The position numbers and the translations under genes are program-made. 64,000 nt of DNA from Owenia fusiformis (taxonomy: Eukaryota). The notes under the pieces were generated by a model. That model had not been told where the DNA came from, did no database searches, and saw only the letters and a list, made by a program, of their open reading frames with translations. Positions 11,975-23,863 of the stretch are shown in pieces. The first letter of the stretch is position 1. Every line of letters begins with the position of its first letter. The DNA lies in NCBI GenBank assembly GCA_903813345.2, contig CAIIXF020000001.1, positions 39,804,001 to 39,868,000 of the forward strand, in the 5' to 3' direction.

Positions 11975-12692
11975 GGAGCACGTAGGTTATCGCAAACAAT
12001 TTCAAACGATTCTAACTTGAATTATGAATATTTACTGATCATGAACATGGGTGTATCTTTTAGATCCATTCATTATCTTCAAGAAAAGTATATATAATGA
12101 TAATTTAGTTAATCAGACCTAAGTGATATTGAAGGGGCAATGGACCAATCAACATACTTTTTCAAAAAAGTTGACCTAATTTTCACCAAAAATGCAACCT
12201 ATTATTATATTGTTGAATGCATAATTAGAATGTGCTTTGAGACATGTTCGATTTCCTAAAAGGAAAATTTGATTGCTCCAGGGACTTTAAAGATATTCAA
12301 TTTGGTTGACCAAAATGAACTGAAACCAATGGATAGCATGAGAATTTTCAATGGAGAAATAACATGGGGAACATTTATCTCAAAACAATTAAGTTTTTCT
12401 TTCAAGAACTATTTGATACATCAAAATAAAGAATAGTAATGCATTAAACATTGTAAAAAACGATTGCATTTTTGGTGAAAATGGGGTTAACATCTTTGAA
12501 AAAGTGTGTTGATGGGTTAATTGCTAGTTTAATATCTCCGAGTTTGTTTGAATTTATTATTACTGTGCATAATTTTCTTTGAGATAATGAATTGATCTAA
12601 AAGATAAACTTGTCTTCATTGTCAGAAAATAGTCATAATGATTAATCCAAGATATAACCTTCTGAAATTGTTTGCGATAATCCTCGGGCTCC
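11975..12692. repeat. Old foldback element with ~290-bp imperfect inverted arms
   Basis: Arm pairs: ttatcgcaaacaatttca / tgaaattgtttgcgataa; atcttttagatccattcattatct / agataatgaattgatctaaaagat; ttttcaccaaaaatgcaa / ttgcatttttggtgaaaa. Confidence 0.8.
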
Positions 12693-13469
12693 TTTGGAAG
12701 ATTTATTTCTTCAAGAGAAAATTCACAACTGAATTGCTAAATGAATAGGCGCAGTGCATGGCAAAATATGTTAGGTCTTCTCACATGTCTCACAAATCGG
12801 GAGTCAGCCCCTATTGGTAGTAGGCTCAAAGGATATAGGCCTTTATTGAGCCTAGACACAGAAGAGGTAATCTGGCAGAGGTCCATGGGTCTTCTAGTAT
12901 TTTTTTGAACTGATACGCTTCTAAGATATGATATCTATTAAAAAAGGCGCATCATCACCAACGTGCAAAAGTCAATATTTTTGCTATAAATCAGGCAACA
13001 ATGGTCTACACGACCTATAATAAATAGGTAACTTATAAGGGACGTTATTATCACAACTTGAACACTAATGACATTACTCACTTTTTAAAGTTAGTTTCCA
13101 TGCGTTATATACAAAAAATAATCGAAATAAATTAATATTGGATGGAAGGGGGGGGGTGGATGGAGGGGGTGGATGGAGTGGGGGGACTGTAACGTGTATA
13201 TAAGACATGATAAGACATGCTACTTGAATTTATTCTTATAACTCCAAATTTTCCCATTTTTCATTCTCCAGAGATATAATATCCAGTTTCTTACTGGGGT
13301 ACTGAGTTTAGTTTAGTCAAATACACGAGTTCTTTTGAATTTGTTCCATCGTCAAGACATATAACTCCCCCCCCCCCTCCATCCATGATGATTGAAACGA
13401 ATTTCATTTAACCCGGCCCAGGTCAGCAGGCGTTCACAATAAGATAAAAGTAAGTTCTAATTTAATACT

Positions 13470-13782
13470 AACCGGCGTTGTCCCGTAGCCTACGTCAACT
13501 TAGCTTACTTCTGTCGGCCAGACTGCTGACGAGTACGACTACCAATGAATCAGCGTTGCATATGATCATATGATTTTAAGCGTCTGTTTTTACCTTTAAA
13601 GTCATAGAATAAATGACGTCTCCCCAGTCACAATGATATGACGAAATCAACATGTAAGCGAATTTTGAATTTCGCGGGTAAATAAGTTGCTGTGGCGTAA
13701 TTGCGCAGACCGGAAGTGAACAGAAATTTTGCAAAAATCAATTTTTATTATCTGTTGCTGTTTGGAGCATTTTTAGAACTAG
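13470..13782. promoter_or_regulatory. Putative bidirectional promoter between the zinc-finger gene and IAH1
   Basis: CpG-richer patch with ETS motif CCGGAAGTG (13710-13718), CRE-like TGACGTC (13614-13620) and TTTGAA-TTTCGCGG (13664-13677). Minus-strand donor-like sites (gtaagc ~13508, gttagt ~13472) could serve a non-coding first exon of the zinc-finger gene. Confidence 0.5.
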
Positions 13783-16700
13783 ATGGGTGGGGAGTTGATC
13801 GTATGGCCACAGGTAATCCTGTTTGGTGACTCAATTACTCAGGTAAGATAGCTCAAGGACGTCCTTGTTTATCCCGTGCCAGGACTGCCATAGACAGAAT
13901 CTGACATTTTTTGCTGGCTAGATTTTTTTGTAGGCCCATTAACTGTTTTATTGCGTCAGTAGAGCCACAAAAATAAGAAATCAGTAGACCTTACTTCGGT
14001 CCAAAGCCTTCTCTATATTCCGGCTTTGAGGAGGAAGATTGAGCTGCCTTAGTATTATAAATATTGTAAATCATTGTGTCACACGCACAGTAAATATGGC
14101 ATAATAATATGAAATATACCTTTATGTATAGATTTGAAGAACATCAGCTCACATCCCCGTCTGAATCTATTGTTATATTTGATTTCTTTAAGCGAGAATA
14201 ATTTCAAATGTTATTCACGTCCAGAACCGGAAGCCATTTTTAGCTACAGCGAGAAAATTTCACCATGTGTCAAACTCCGAAATGAAATTTTGAAATATCT
14301 AAATCCAGACAAGCAACGCTTCATCCTAAATATGATTAATATTCTTAAAAATATTTATAAAATTTATTAAAAATGAGTTCTAGGTGCGTGTAGGTGCGTA
14401 TAGCACAGTACATACGAAATCAATGAAGTTTCGTCTAGCTGTAAGCTAGAGACTCGAGTAAAGTAGACCATACCTCAGATTATTTGGTTTTTGTGCAATA
14501 ATAAGCCCTCCTGTATATTTAAAGATTTTCAGCCATGTTAGGCCAGGGTGCATGTTAAACTACCTTCTATTCATGCTTAGTTCAAAAATAGAACAACCAG
14601 ATAAGGTTTTAAACCATGAATGGGACTAAAGCCAAAAGAAATCTTTTTGGAACCATTTTATCGGCTGTGAAGTACAGTGTGCCTTTAAAACTGATTCTGG
14701 ATGACTGTTTTTATTAAGATTTGTTTGGGTTACCACATACTCATGTAAAAAGAGTAGATTGCATGTCAATTTGGAAAAGCTTTAATACAGCTTTTGTTCT
14801 ATATTTTTAGTTCAACTATGGCAATGATGGATGTTGGGGTGCTTTGCTAGCAGATCAGTTAGTCAGGTAAACAAAGATGGACTATATTGCTCAAAGATTC
14901 AATTAAAGACACGTACATATCAACATGGTATAAAGAAAAACAGAAAAGTACACAAAGTACTAACATTTTTGTATTGTTCTCATTTCAGAAAATGTGATGT
15001 GGTCAATAGGGGATTCTCTGGCTATAACACAAGGTGGAACAAAGTTATTCTTCCGAGAATAATACAGAAAGAAAATGCTTCAAACATTGCAGTATTTGTG
15101 CTATTCCTCGGGGCTAATGACTCCAACAAAGCTGAGCTTAATCCTATGCAGCATGTGCCTTTAACAGAATTCAAAGAAAACATAATCAAAATGTTAGAAT
15201 ACCTTGGGGTGAGTGATTCAATTTATGACTCCACAGGGAGAGTTTCACTATAAATATGTACAGAAATTATTGTATTATTGAATAAATGTATTGATTCATT
15301 TTAAAGAACAGCAAAACCTTGCAGCATGTTTTGTTTGTGTAATATTTAGGGGGCTTCTAAGGCATCAAATTTAGACCAATTTTAGATGATATTCTTGTAT
15401 AATGGGAGGTATTATTTTAGTGCACAATCACCTTAAAATTACCTTAAAAGAATATTTTAGGATTTTATTGCATGGTCCATGTACATATTATTAATTTGGA
15501 ATATTTGGAATACTGCAACTTATTATGTTTTTCAGAGTGTAGGGGTTGGAAAGGAGAAAATTATTATAGTCAGTCCACCAGCTTCTGATGAGAGTGCATG
15601 GGAGGTTGAGTGCATTAAAAAAGGTAAACTTATGGCCTAGTCACATAGCCCGGCCGATGAGGTTACGATGAGCCAGCGATGCAATTTTCACCGAACTCGG
15701 CCGAACACCGGCCGGACATCCGTGGCGTTTGTTGCTTAAAACCGCATCGGTGGTAGCTCGGTGAAATTTTAACTTCGGAGTTAAATTTCACCGGGCTCTC
15801 ACCGAGCTCCCTCATCATGTCATCGCAGCCCCATCGTAACCACATCGGAAAACACGTCGGCCGGTGCACGGGCCGAGTATCGGCCGGTGTCCCGTGCATC
15901 TGAGACAACCAGAGGACGAGGTTTTTTAACGGACAGCGGCCGAGCTCCGGCCGATGTGGGACAGAGCATCGGCCGGTCACTGTTCAAAGCCCGTTAACAA
16001 CCCGGCCGGCGATCGCACGGTGTCCTGTTACCTGCTCGGGTACCGGCCGTATTCCTTCCGATGTCCGGCCGACCTCCGGCCGGTAGTTGCTGCCACATCG
16101 GCAGAAAAAAACTACCATTTTGAGACTAACTCCGTACGGTCACCGGCCGGTGTTCGGTCGGTCGCCTGAAGATGTCCGGACGGAGTCCGTTCACGTCACC
16201 GAGCTCTGCTTCCGATTAGGAGAGCTCGGTGGCACCAAAAAAATCCACCGAGCTCTACCGATGCCGGACATCGGCCGGGCTATGTGACTAGGCCATAAAA
16301 AAGATCATGGACATAAACTTCTCATTCTTAAGAATTGGTCAATCAATTGTTGAAGCCAATAACCCAGATGCGAGTAGAAATAATCTTGATTTACGTCATT
16401 AAAAATTCAGTCAAAGTAATATCATATTTGAAATCTACATGTAAAATTATATCTAAAAATGTGGTTTTAAAAAGTGTTTATCAACTTTGAAAAATTAATT
16501 TTCTTTGAAAATGTGATTTCTAGCTCGGGGAGATTCTCCATAGACCCCATGCTATAAAACCACAAAAAATGAAATATCTTTTCTTTTAGTGGACAGATAA
16601 TATTTTGCTTTACTGGACGTATTTTCATTAGTATAAGTATCCGACACATAAGGGTTATATGAAAATTGAGCCACTTAAATTGATAATATTCAAGTTTAAG

Positions 16701-18169
16701 GGAACTTTCTTATATACCTGCCATGTTAATTGACCCGAATCAGCCACCTGGTGGTGAAATTGGTAACTACTTACTCGCATTTGGGTAATTATATAATGAC
16801 ATCATAGTGCGAGCACAATGGATATTTTTAATGACCCCAAGAGGATTAATCAAAATGCTACAGGCGCATGCATGGTTTGAACATTTTGTATTTTACTGAG
16901 ATTATCACTTATAAACAATTTTGGGGAATTTGGATGTTTATTACAAAAAAGTTTACATACTTTGCATACTATGTTACTAATTTACGACTACTTGGCCAAA
17001 ACAAATTTTGGAAAATCTTAAATGTGAAGGCAAATAGGCTTTTTAATACAGTAAACCTGTGTACAGTGAATAAAAATGTGTTCACTACAGAGAGAATGAT
17101 TTATACAGAACTCAGTGGAGTATGTGCTGAAAAGAGATGTTCACTAGGTAAAGGTGTTCACTAGAGAGAGGTATTCACTAAGACAGGTTTTACTGTCGTA
17201 AACTAATTGTTAAAAGAAATGTATTGGCATTATTTCAGGGGAAATTATGGATTTTTCATTGTGCAACGTTCATTCAATGTTAATGTGCTTTAATCATGTT
17301 CCCCTTGTTTTGTATCCATCCTTTGGTTGAAACATCTGAACAACATCTGAAAGGCTAAAATTGATTAAAAGCAAAAGGAAGTCAATTCAGTGTATTGGAA
17401 CCCCATGTTTATTCAACCCTTTAAAAATATACAAGAGTACATGTAGTTACATAGATTTGAATTCATAAAATATCTCTGATTTTCAGACAGACCTCAGACA
17501 AAGTGCAATTTAATGGCAGGAGAATATGCAGAAGGTTGTGAAGAGGTGGCTGCTAAATGTGGGGTGACATGTGTACAACTTTACAAAGCTATGATGAAGA
17601 GGCCGGTAAATACATTTACATATGTACATATTTGTACTTGAAATCACAAAAATCAGGGTAGTTTGAAGAAAACCATTGAAAATCTGGGTTCTTTTTCATG
17701 TAAATTGGGAGAAATTGGGGTTTCTAAAATAGGATTTCTTCAAATATCGGGAGAAAAAGGGGTAACAAAAACCAAATAGACTATTCAAAAACTTGGTTTA
17801 TATAACTCTGATAACCGAAGATAATAATATTACTTTATGCCGAGTTTTACTCTATCGTCTATGGAAGAGCTAGTGTAATCTAAAAACCCTGCAGGGAATA
17901 AGTATTGAAATACTATGGGGAAAAAATCTGTGAATGAAGAAGTAAAGATCAGTAAAGGAGGATATTTTTTATTTCAGGATTGGCGAAATATGCTCAATGA
18001 TGGACTGCACCTCTCCAGAGAGGGCTCTATTTTCCTTCATTCCATGCTTGAGCCCCTCATAGAGGAGTGCACATCCAAGCTACCTTACATTCTACCAGGA
18101 TGGGCCAGTGTTGACAACACCAACCCCCAAGCATCACTGCTAGGCTCACCTTATCACGAACAGATATAA
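13783..18169 (+). CDS. IAH1: Isoamyl acetate-hydrolysing esterase 1 homolog (SGNH/GDSL hydrolase), 6 exons
   Basis: Exons 13783-13842, 14811-14866, 14989-15208, 15536-15623, 17487-17605, 17978-18169, all GT-AG and in frame. Motifs VILFGDSITQ, DVVNRGFSGYNTRW, FLGANDS and DGLHLS. Confidence 0.95.
15633..16295. mobile_element. PIF/Harbinger-type MITE (GC/CpG-rich) in IAH1 intron 4
   Basis: Perfect TIR TGGCCTAGTCACATAGCCCGGCCGATG...CATCGGCCGGGCTATGTGACTAGGCCA; TTA/TAA flanks. Confidence 0.85.
16360..16790. mobile_element. MITE-like repeat (same family as 1-330)
   Basis: Ends taacccagatgcgagta...tactcgcatttgggtaa are inverted; the body matches the window start in reverse complement. Confidence 0.7.
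17049..17195. mobile_element. Tc1/mariner-pogo-type MITE
   Basis: TA|CAGTAAACCTGT...ACAGGTTTTACTG with internal gtgttcacta repeats; same family as 3889-4027. Confidence 0.75.
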
Positions 18170-18217
18170 TACCTCTCAGGGATAATACAATTGTTCACAA
18201 TATTACAATGTATTTAA

Positions 18218-18990
18218 AGGGACAAAGTGCGTAAATGAAGTCTCACTTTTGATCTTCATAGTATTTCCAATGAATTAATAAGTATCTGATCTTTCATTTG
18301 ACACCAAAAACAGCTCAAACAGACCACATCAGAGTTGACACTAGATCATGAAAAAATATTATTGATCTATCAATTTATAGATGTCAACTTTTTGACAATG
18401 CCATAGAAAGATGGCATTGTTGTTTGCATTATTGTCCATTCAATTTGATAGGGTTTTCAACTATACGCTATCTTTTAGTCCAAGAGTTATTTAAAAACAT
18501 ACACTTTGTGAAAAGTGGTAATTCACTTCTTTTGATCTCTGAACTTGAAATGCTGTTTTCTATGCGAGTGTTTTTTTTTCATTTCAGTATTGACCCAAAT
18601 TAAAGTTTTTATCATATTTGATTGACTGTGTGAGTGACATGTCTCAAATAATATTTTGTAATTTTTTTTTCAAAAATAAGCGCATTGCCTATTTAATATA
18701 CATCTTGTTAGGGTGAAACCCAACTTCCTCAGGTAAACTTTTGAAAAGATGCATCTTGGCAGAAAAGTGGAAATGACAAGACAATGAGAGAAAATTTGTA
18801 GACAATTTAATTAGTAAATGTTTTCATGCTACAATACAGTACAGCGGGAGGTCCTTTATGAGAGAAACAGCCGTGGAAAGACCTGAGCCAAGCTAACTTT
18901 TTGAAAACTGTCACAATTTACATATATTCCTCATCATTTTTATTTGCTATGTAAGTCAAGAATTTTGGATTGCTTGCACCATTCACTCTC
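18218..18990. mobile_element. Kolobok-like (TTAA) non-autonomous element just downstream of the IAH1 stop
   Basis: TTAA|AGGGACAAAG...CTCT|TTAA; the first ~480 bp match ~48720-49213 in reverse complement. Confidence 0.7.
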
Positions 18991-21484
18991 TTTAAACCTT
19001 TGTTGTCATTATAAAACTCTTTTAGTGATTAGTGGATAGGACTTTCACTGTAGATTAACTTTTTGTGATGAAAGTTAGAGATCAACTTGATATTCTACAA
19101 GATGCAGACTTCAGTAACAATGTGTTGCAACTTGCAATGCAAAATTAGAATGACTAGAATAGTACTTGAAATGTATACTTGTATGTCAATAATGAAGAGG
19201 AGTTTGTCATTGTGATTCCACCAGAATTAGTATAGAGCACCTTTTCGAAAGTTACAGATTAAAATTAAAATACTGGCCACACTGTTAATTGTTTGTCCAT
19301 ACCCATGTACCCTGTCAAAAATGGTTAAATATTCAGATAATATTAAGATAGAATCCAGAATCCGAGTGCACTGGCGATTGACCTGTACTCCGAACTGTAT
19401 AACTAGAAGAGTATGAGTGAGAGATGGCAGAATACTTTAAACAGTACTTGAAGTTTACAATTGGATCAATTTTGAGGTGTTCTATCTGGACTTTTGAGGA
19501 GTTTTTAATGGATGGATTGTTGGATGGATTCAATTATATCCCATCCCACATCTGTTCCTCTTGGATAATTACTCATTAAAGGCACAATGAAGTGAAATGT
19601 ATGTTAAATATGTACAGGTATCAGGATATACATGTACAGAGAAAATATTCTTGTTTCTTGTCACCATACTTTAAAGGCCCACCCAACAAGTCATCCTAAA
19701 ATTATCCTCTCTGAAATAAAAAATCTGTGGAAAATCTTTTTGGATGAAAATTATTGCATATCCCATGCTAAATGATGGATTACTATTGTATACATGGAGA
19801 TGGAAATGGTACATTTTTAATTGGCCAGAAATAATAAACCAATGTGGTAGACTTAGCCAAATCAAATCTTCTTGAGATTTCTGCTTCCTGCCTGGTACTA
19901 GATATAGATCATATAGTAACAAGAGACAACTATGTTTTCCATTAAGCCTAGAAACACAACAGAATTGCACAAAAATCTAGTATTTTGTTAAAGATAGTAT
20001 ATATTATTACACAATAAAATTGCACAAAAATCAAATATTTTACTGTTTTTTGTATGGATATGAGATTGTTTATTTTTCAATGTGAATAACAGATTTGATT
20101 AAATTTGTACAACAATAACAACATCCCATGAGAATATAGTATAACTTAATGCACCAATGCAAGCGAAAAATAAAAAAAACATCAAATTTTCATAACCATA
20201 TAGCACACTGAACCCTACAATTAAAGCAGATTAGCTCAATTGTCTCACTTTATTTTAACTGGTAAAATTAATGCATATAAGTGAGGTACAATAAAACAAA
20301 TGAAGCAAAGTATTTAGAACAAAATCAACATTTTACAGCTCTTTAATTACTGAAATAAAAGCTGAATTTCTTTTTTCAATTACAAATTGAAATCAAATAA
20401 AATTACATTTAGACTCTGACTTTTTGCAGTATCTACTATCCATGCTTCAAAAACTACATTTAACTTAATATTCAGGTAGGGTAACTGTATCAAATAAACA
20501 AATAATTACACAGTAAAGATCAGGTACATGAATGTTTGTCAAATTTAAAAAAAAAATAATGACAAGTAGAGGACAAAACGGCAATGTATTGTTCATATCC
20601 AGTATATTATTTTCATTAATAAGCCACATTCATGAAACTTTCATCTCTCTTCTAACTTAACCCTCCACCTGTTCACTACATTTATAAATGGAAGCACTTA
20701 TACAAAATATAGAAAACTAGTCAATGACTAAAATTCAGAATTACAGGTCTATTTTGATGTACTAAAGTTATGTTTGGATACAATATGTTAGTGCTGAACA
20801 TACAAAAATGAATATTTAATTATTACCAGTTTATAACACTTATTCACTGAATTTAGAATCTGAAACATCTAGGAAATTAAAAATAACTTCCCAAGCTATT
20901 CTCATTTAATCGTCCATTATGAAAGAAGTCTAAACTAAAACTGCAGAGTCATCCAATAATAACAACATCCAAACTCCCAGAGCAACACTAGGCTTTCAGT
21001 CTCTACATTATTGTATGTATTATGTATATTTCCACATAATTTTCCTTCATTCTCATCCTTTTCTTGATATATTTGAAGTTTTTTGGGTTTGGGCTATAAA
21101 TTCAGCAAATATAGGGATCATACATGTCATACATACTTCTAGAGATCAAAATTCGATTATCCTATTCTGAGACACTGCATCCTCTAATACAATGATGTAT
21201 ATTACATTAGTAATCCTCTAAACCTCAAATCCCTCCCTTCATAATACATTTGTATGTACAATGTACTCCCTATGTAGCCTACAATGTTGCACAATCCCTT
21301 GCACAGCTAAAATACATAGGTGCCAAAATGACAGATCAAGCCGTATCTGCTTTGAAGAAAGACATAAACCATGTGATTCAAAATATAGAATACACCCCCA
21401 GATTTGAAATTGGAAGCTATGCAAGGTAATGTCACAAAAGCTGAAAATACTCTCAATGTAAAAATTATGACACGATGAGTATTA

Positions 21485-21978
21485 CTGTAGATTGGGTTAA
21501 TTTGGCGCTACTTAATTTGGCGATTTTGCCATTTTTGGCATATTGGCGGCTATTTAATTTGGCGGATATGCAAAAAAAAATTTCAAACTTACGCGCTGTT
21601 TGCTAATTACCACGTAGCATCTTTGGCTATGTTCATTTTTTCTTATGAGGACCATTGGCGATATTCACCACGTTTGTACATCTTTGTGAGATCATCCTTT
21701 ACATTTTGCACCTCGATCGATGCTGCTACTATACCAAGCTTTTCCTTTCCTAGTTTTTCCCTGAGTATTAATGAGTGACTGACCAGTTCTGAGCCAATTT
21801 ATGAGAGACATTTTTTCATATTTTTGGAAAAAAATAAACCGGAAGTGACCTAAATATACTGGACGAAATACCCTAGATAATTCCCGGGGATTCATTCTAA
21901 ATTTTGGCGAAGATTTATATTGGCGAATTTTTCAATTTCGCCAAATTAAAGCAGGCGCCAAATTAACCCAATCTACAG
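21485..21978. mobile_element. TA-flanked MITE (Tc1/mariner-like)
   Basis: TA|CTGTAGATTGGGTTAATTTGGCGC...GCGCCAAATTAACCCAATCTACAG|TA; internal ttggcg repeats. Confidence 0.9.
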
Positions 21979-22299
21979 TATACAATTTCATTTAAATTGA
22001 TATACAGTTTTGACACTGTCGTCATGGAGTTGATGCAACCAATGCATTGCAATGTGAACAAAATTATGGTAACATGTGACCTGAAATTGCAATAAATAAA
22101 TTTAATGATAAACCAGATGCAACACTGACAATCACAATGTAACAGGTTTTAGAAGCTTCCTCAATTGATACTGGGATTTCTACATTTTGATGAGATAATA
22201 CTTGTCATATTATTATTTACACAGAATTATGCTCTACAGTACTGTGCTTCACCATCCATTAGCTGCTTAAATATTTACACTACATGTAATTAGGTATTA

Positions 22300-22480
22300 C
22301 TGTACTCTCACTAATATTTGACGCTATTATATTTTGCGTTTTTGGCATTTTGGTATTTCACAGCTTTTATATTTCGCCTATAGAACTGTAGGAATTTCAA
22401 AGCTATTATATTTCGCAAATTTTCCAAAACTCGTGAAAAGCGCGAAATATAGTAGCGTGCAAAAATTACTGGGAGTACAG
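22300..22480. mobile_element. Small TA-flanked MITE
   Basis: TA|CTGTACTCTCA...GGGAGTACAG|TA; a related fragment ends at ~40932 (cccggagtacagta). Confidence 0.75.
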
Positions 22481-23863
22481 TATCTCATATGTTTCAAATC
22501 CAATTTAGTTCTACATGTAATTTCACTCAGTGGGTGGGTATTAAAAGGCTGCTTTGTTAAAAAATGCCAAAATCAGATTGCTATGAGAGTCCAACCTGTA
22601 CAATTACAACCAGTACAAATGGAGATAAAGGTTGGATTTAATAAACCATTTTTTTAAAATTCACACTTCCAAAAATCTGATTCCATAACATGAGTGGATG
22701 GTACACGTGGAACAGAATGGATAGGATTTTAGTAAAGAATATGTAACGTTTGAGATGACCCCTATTTAATTTAATACTTAGGCATTATTGTTGCTATATA
22801 AAAAAGGTCTGAATAAACCTCATTTCAAAATGATAATCCTTGCACACCAACTTGGCATACTTGAGTATGTAAACATATTCAATCACTCAAACTATTAAAC
22901 ATTGATACAAATTGCAGAACATGTACATGTATAAACTGTGTATATACACAACCTCCACAACTCCATACCCCTAATAAACAATCTTAGGTTACTTGAGTAC
23001 ATTATCAACAACTCTCCCATTTTGTCAATTATAATTGATGTATGTCTATGAATATTAACATGTCATGCCTGAAAAATTGTTCACTGTCACAATTCGTGCA
23101 ATTTTAAAATTGCGCTTAGCCTATATTTCGTTTTATTTGCTCATTGAGTTGACTTATCGACATCAAATTAATGCATGAAATTGACATTTTATTTAGCCCT
23201 ATCTTGCACTGTATAACCTAGTACACCCTTTAATCGTTTACATATCATTTTATACAATAATTACATCATTGTATTATGTACACTAATTACACATGAGATG
23301 TTTGTAGCTGTTTTAGTGAATGATACAAAATGCCAGTTTTTGAAGAAATTGGAGTAAGTTGGTGTGTCTGTGTCTAAACAGACACTTGGCAATAATTAAA
23401 TAATAAATATAAATACAATACAAAGCATCCTTATATCATCCACTTCAACATGTACAAAGTACTTAATAAGTTGATTTCATTTCGACCATCATACACTTAC
23501 ATGTGAAACTAAAATAATCTAATAATAGACAGATGAATGTAAGTCAATACAGTCAATGTTTTCATTAAATCTGACATTATTTGTGATTTTTCTAGAGTAA
23601 TTCTAGAAGATCTAATGGCTTAGGTTTTGTGTATCGAATTATATCATCCATTCCAGGTTCACTGCAATTTCCAGTCTCGTGTACTATATTCCTAAAACTA
23701 TGGTTAGTAAAGGCAACTATTTCATCTCTATCCAAGTGACCTAACTAAAGGCCCCTCTCCATATATATCACACCCCTCTCCAGAGATGAACTTTGAAGAA
23801 GCATTGTCTTAGAATGTAGTAGTTGAGCGTTTCACTGTACTGTATATGGTCTGACTGTAGGTT

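Noticed and set aside
15663..16287. GC-rich ORFs or a CpG-island promoter
   Set aside because: Entirely within a TIR-bounded MITE; no transposase motifs.
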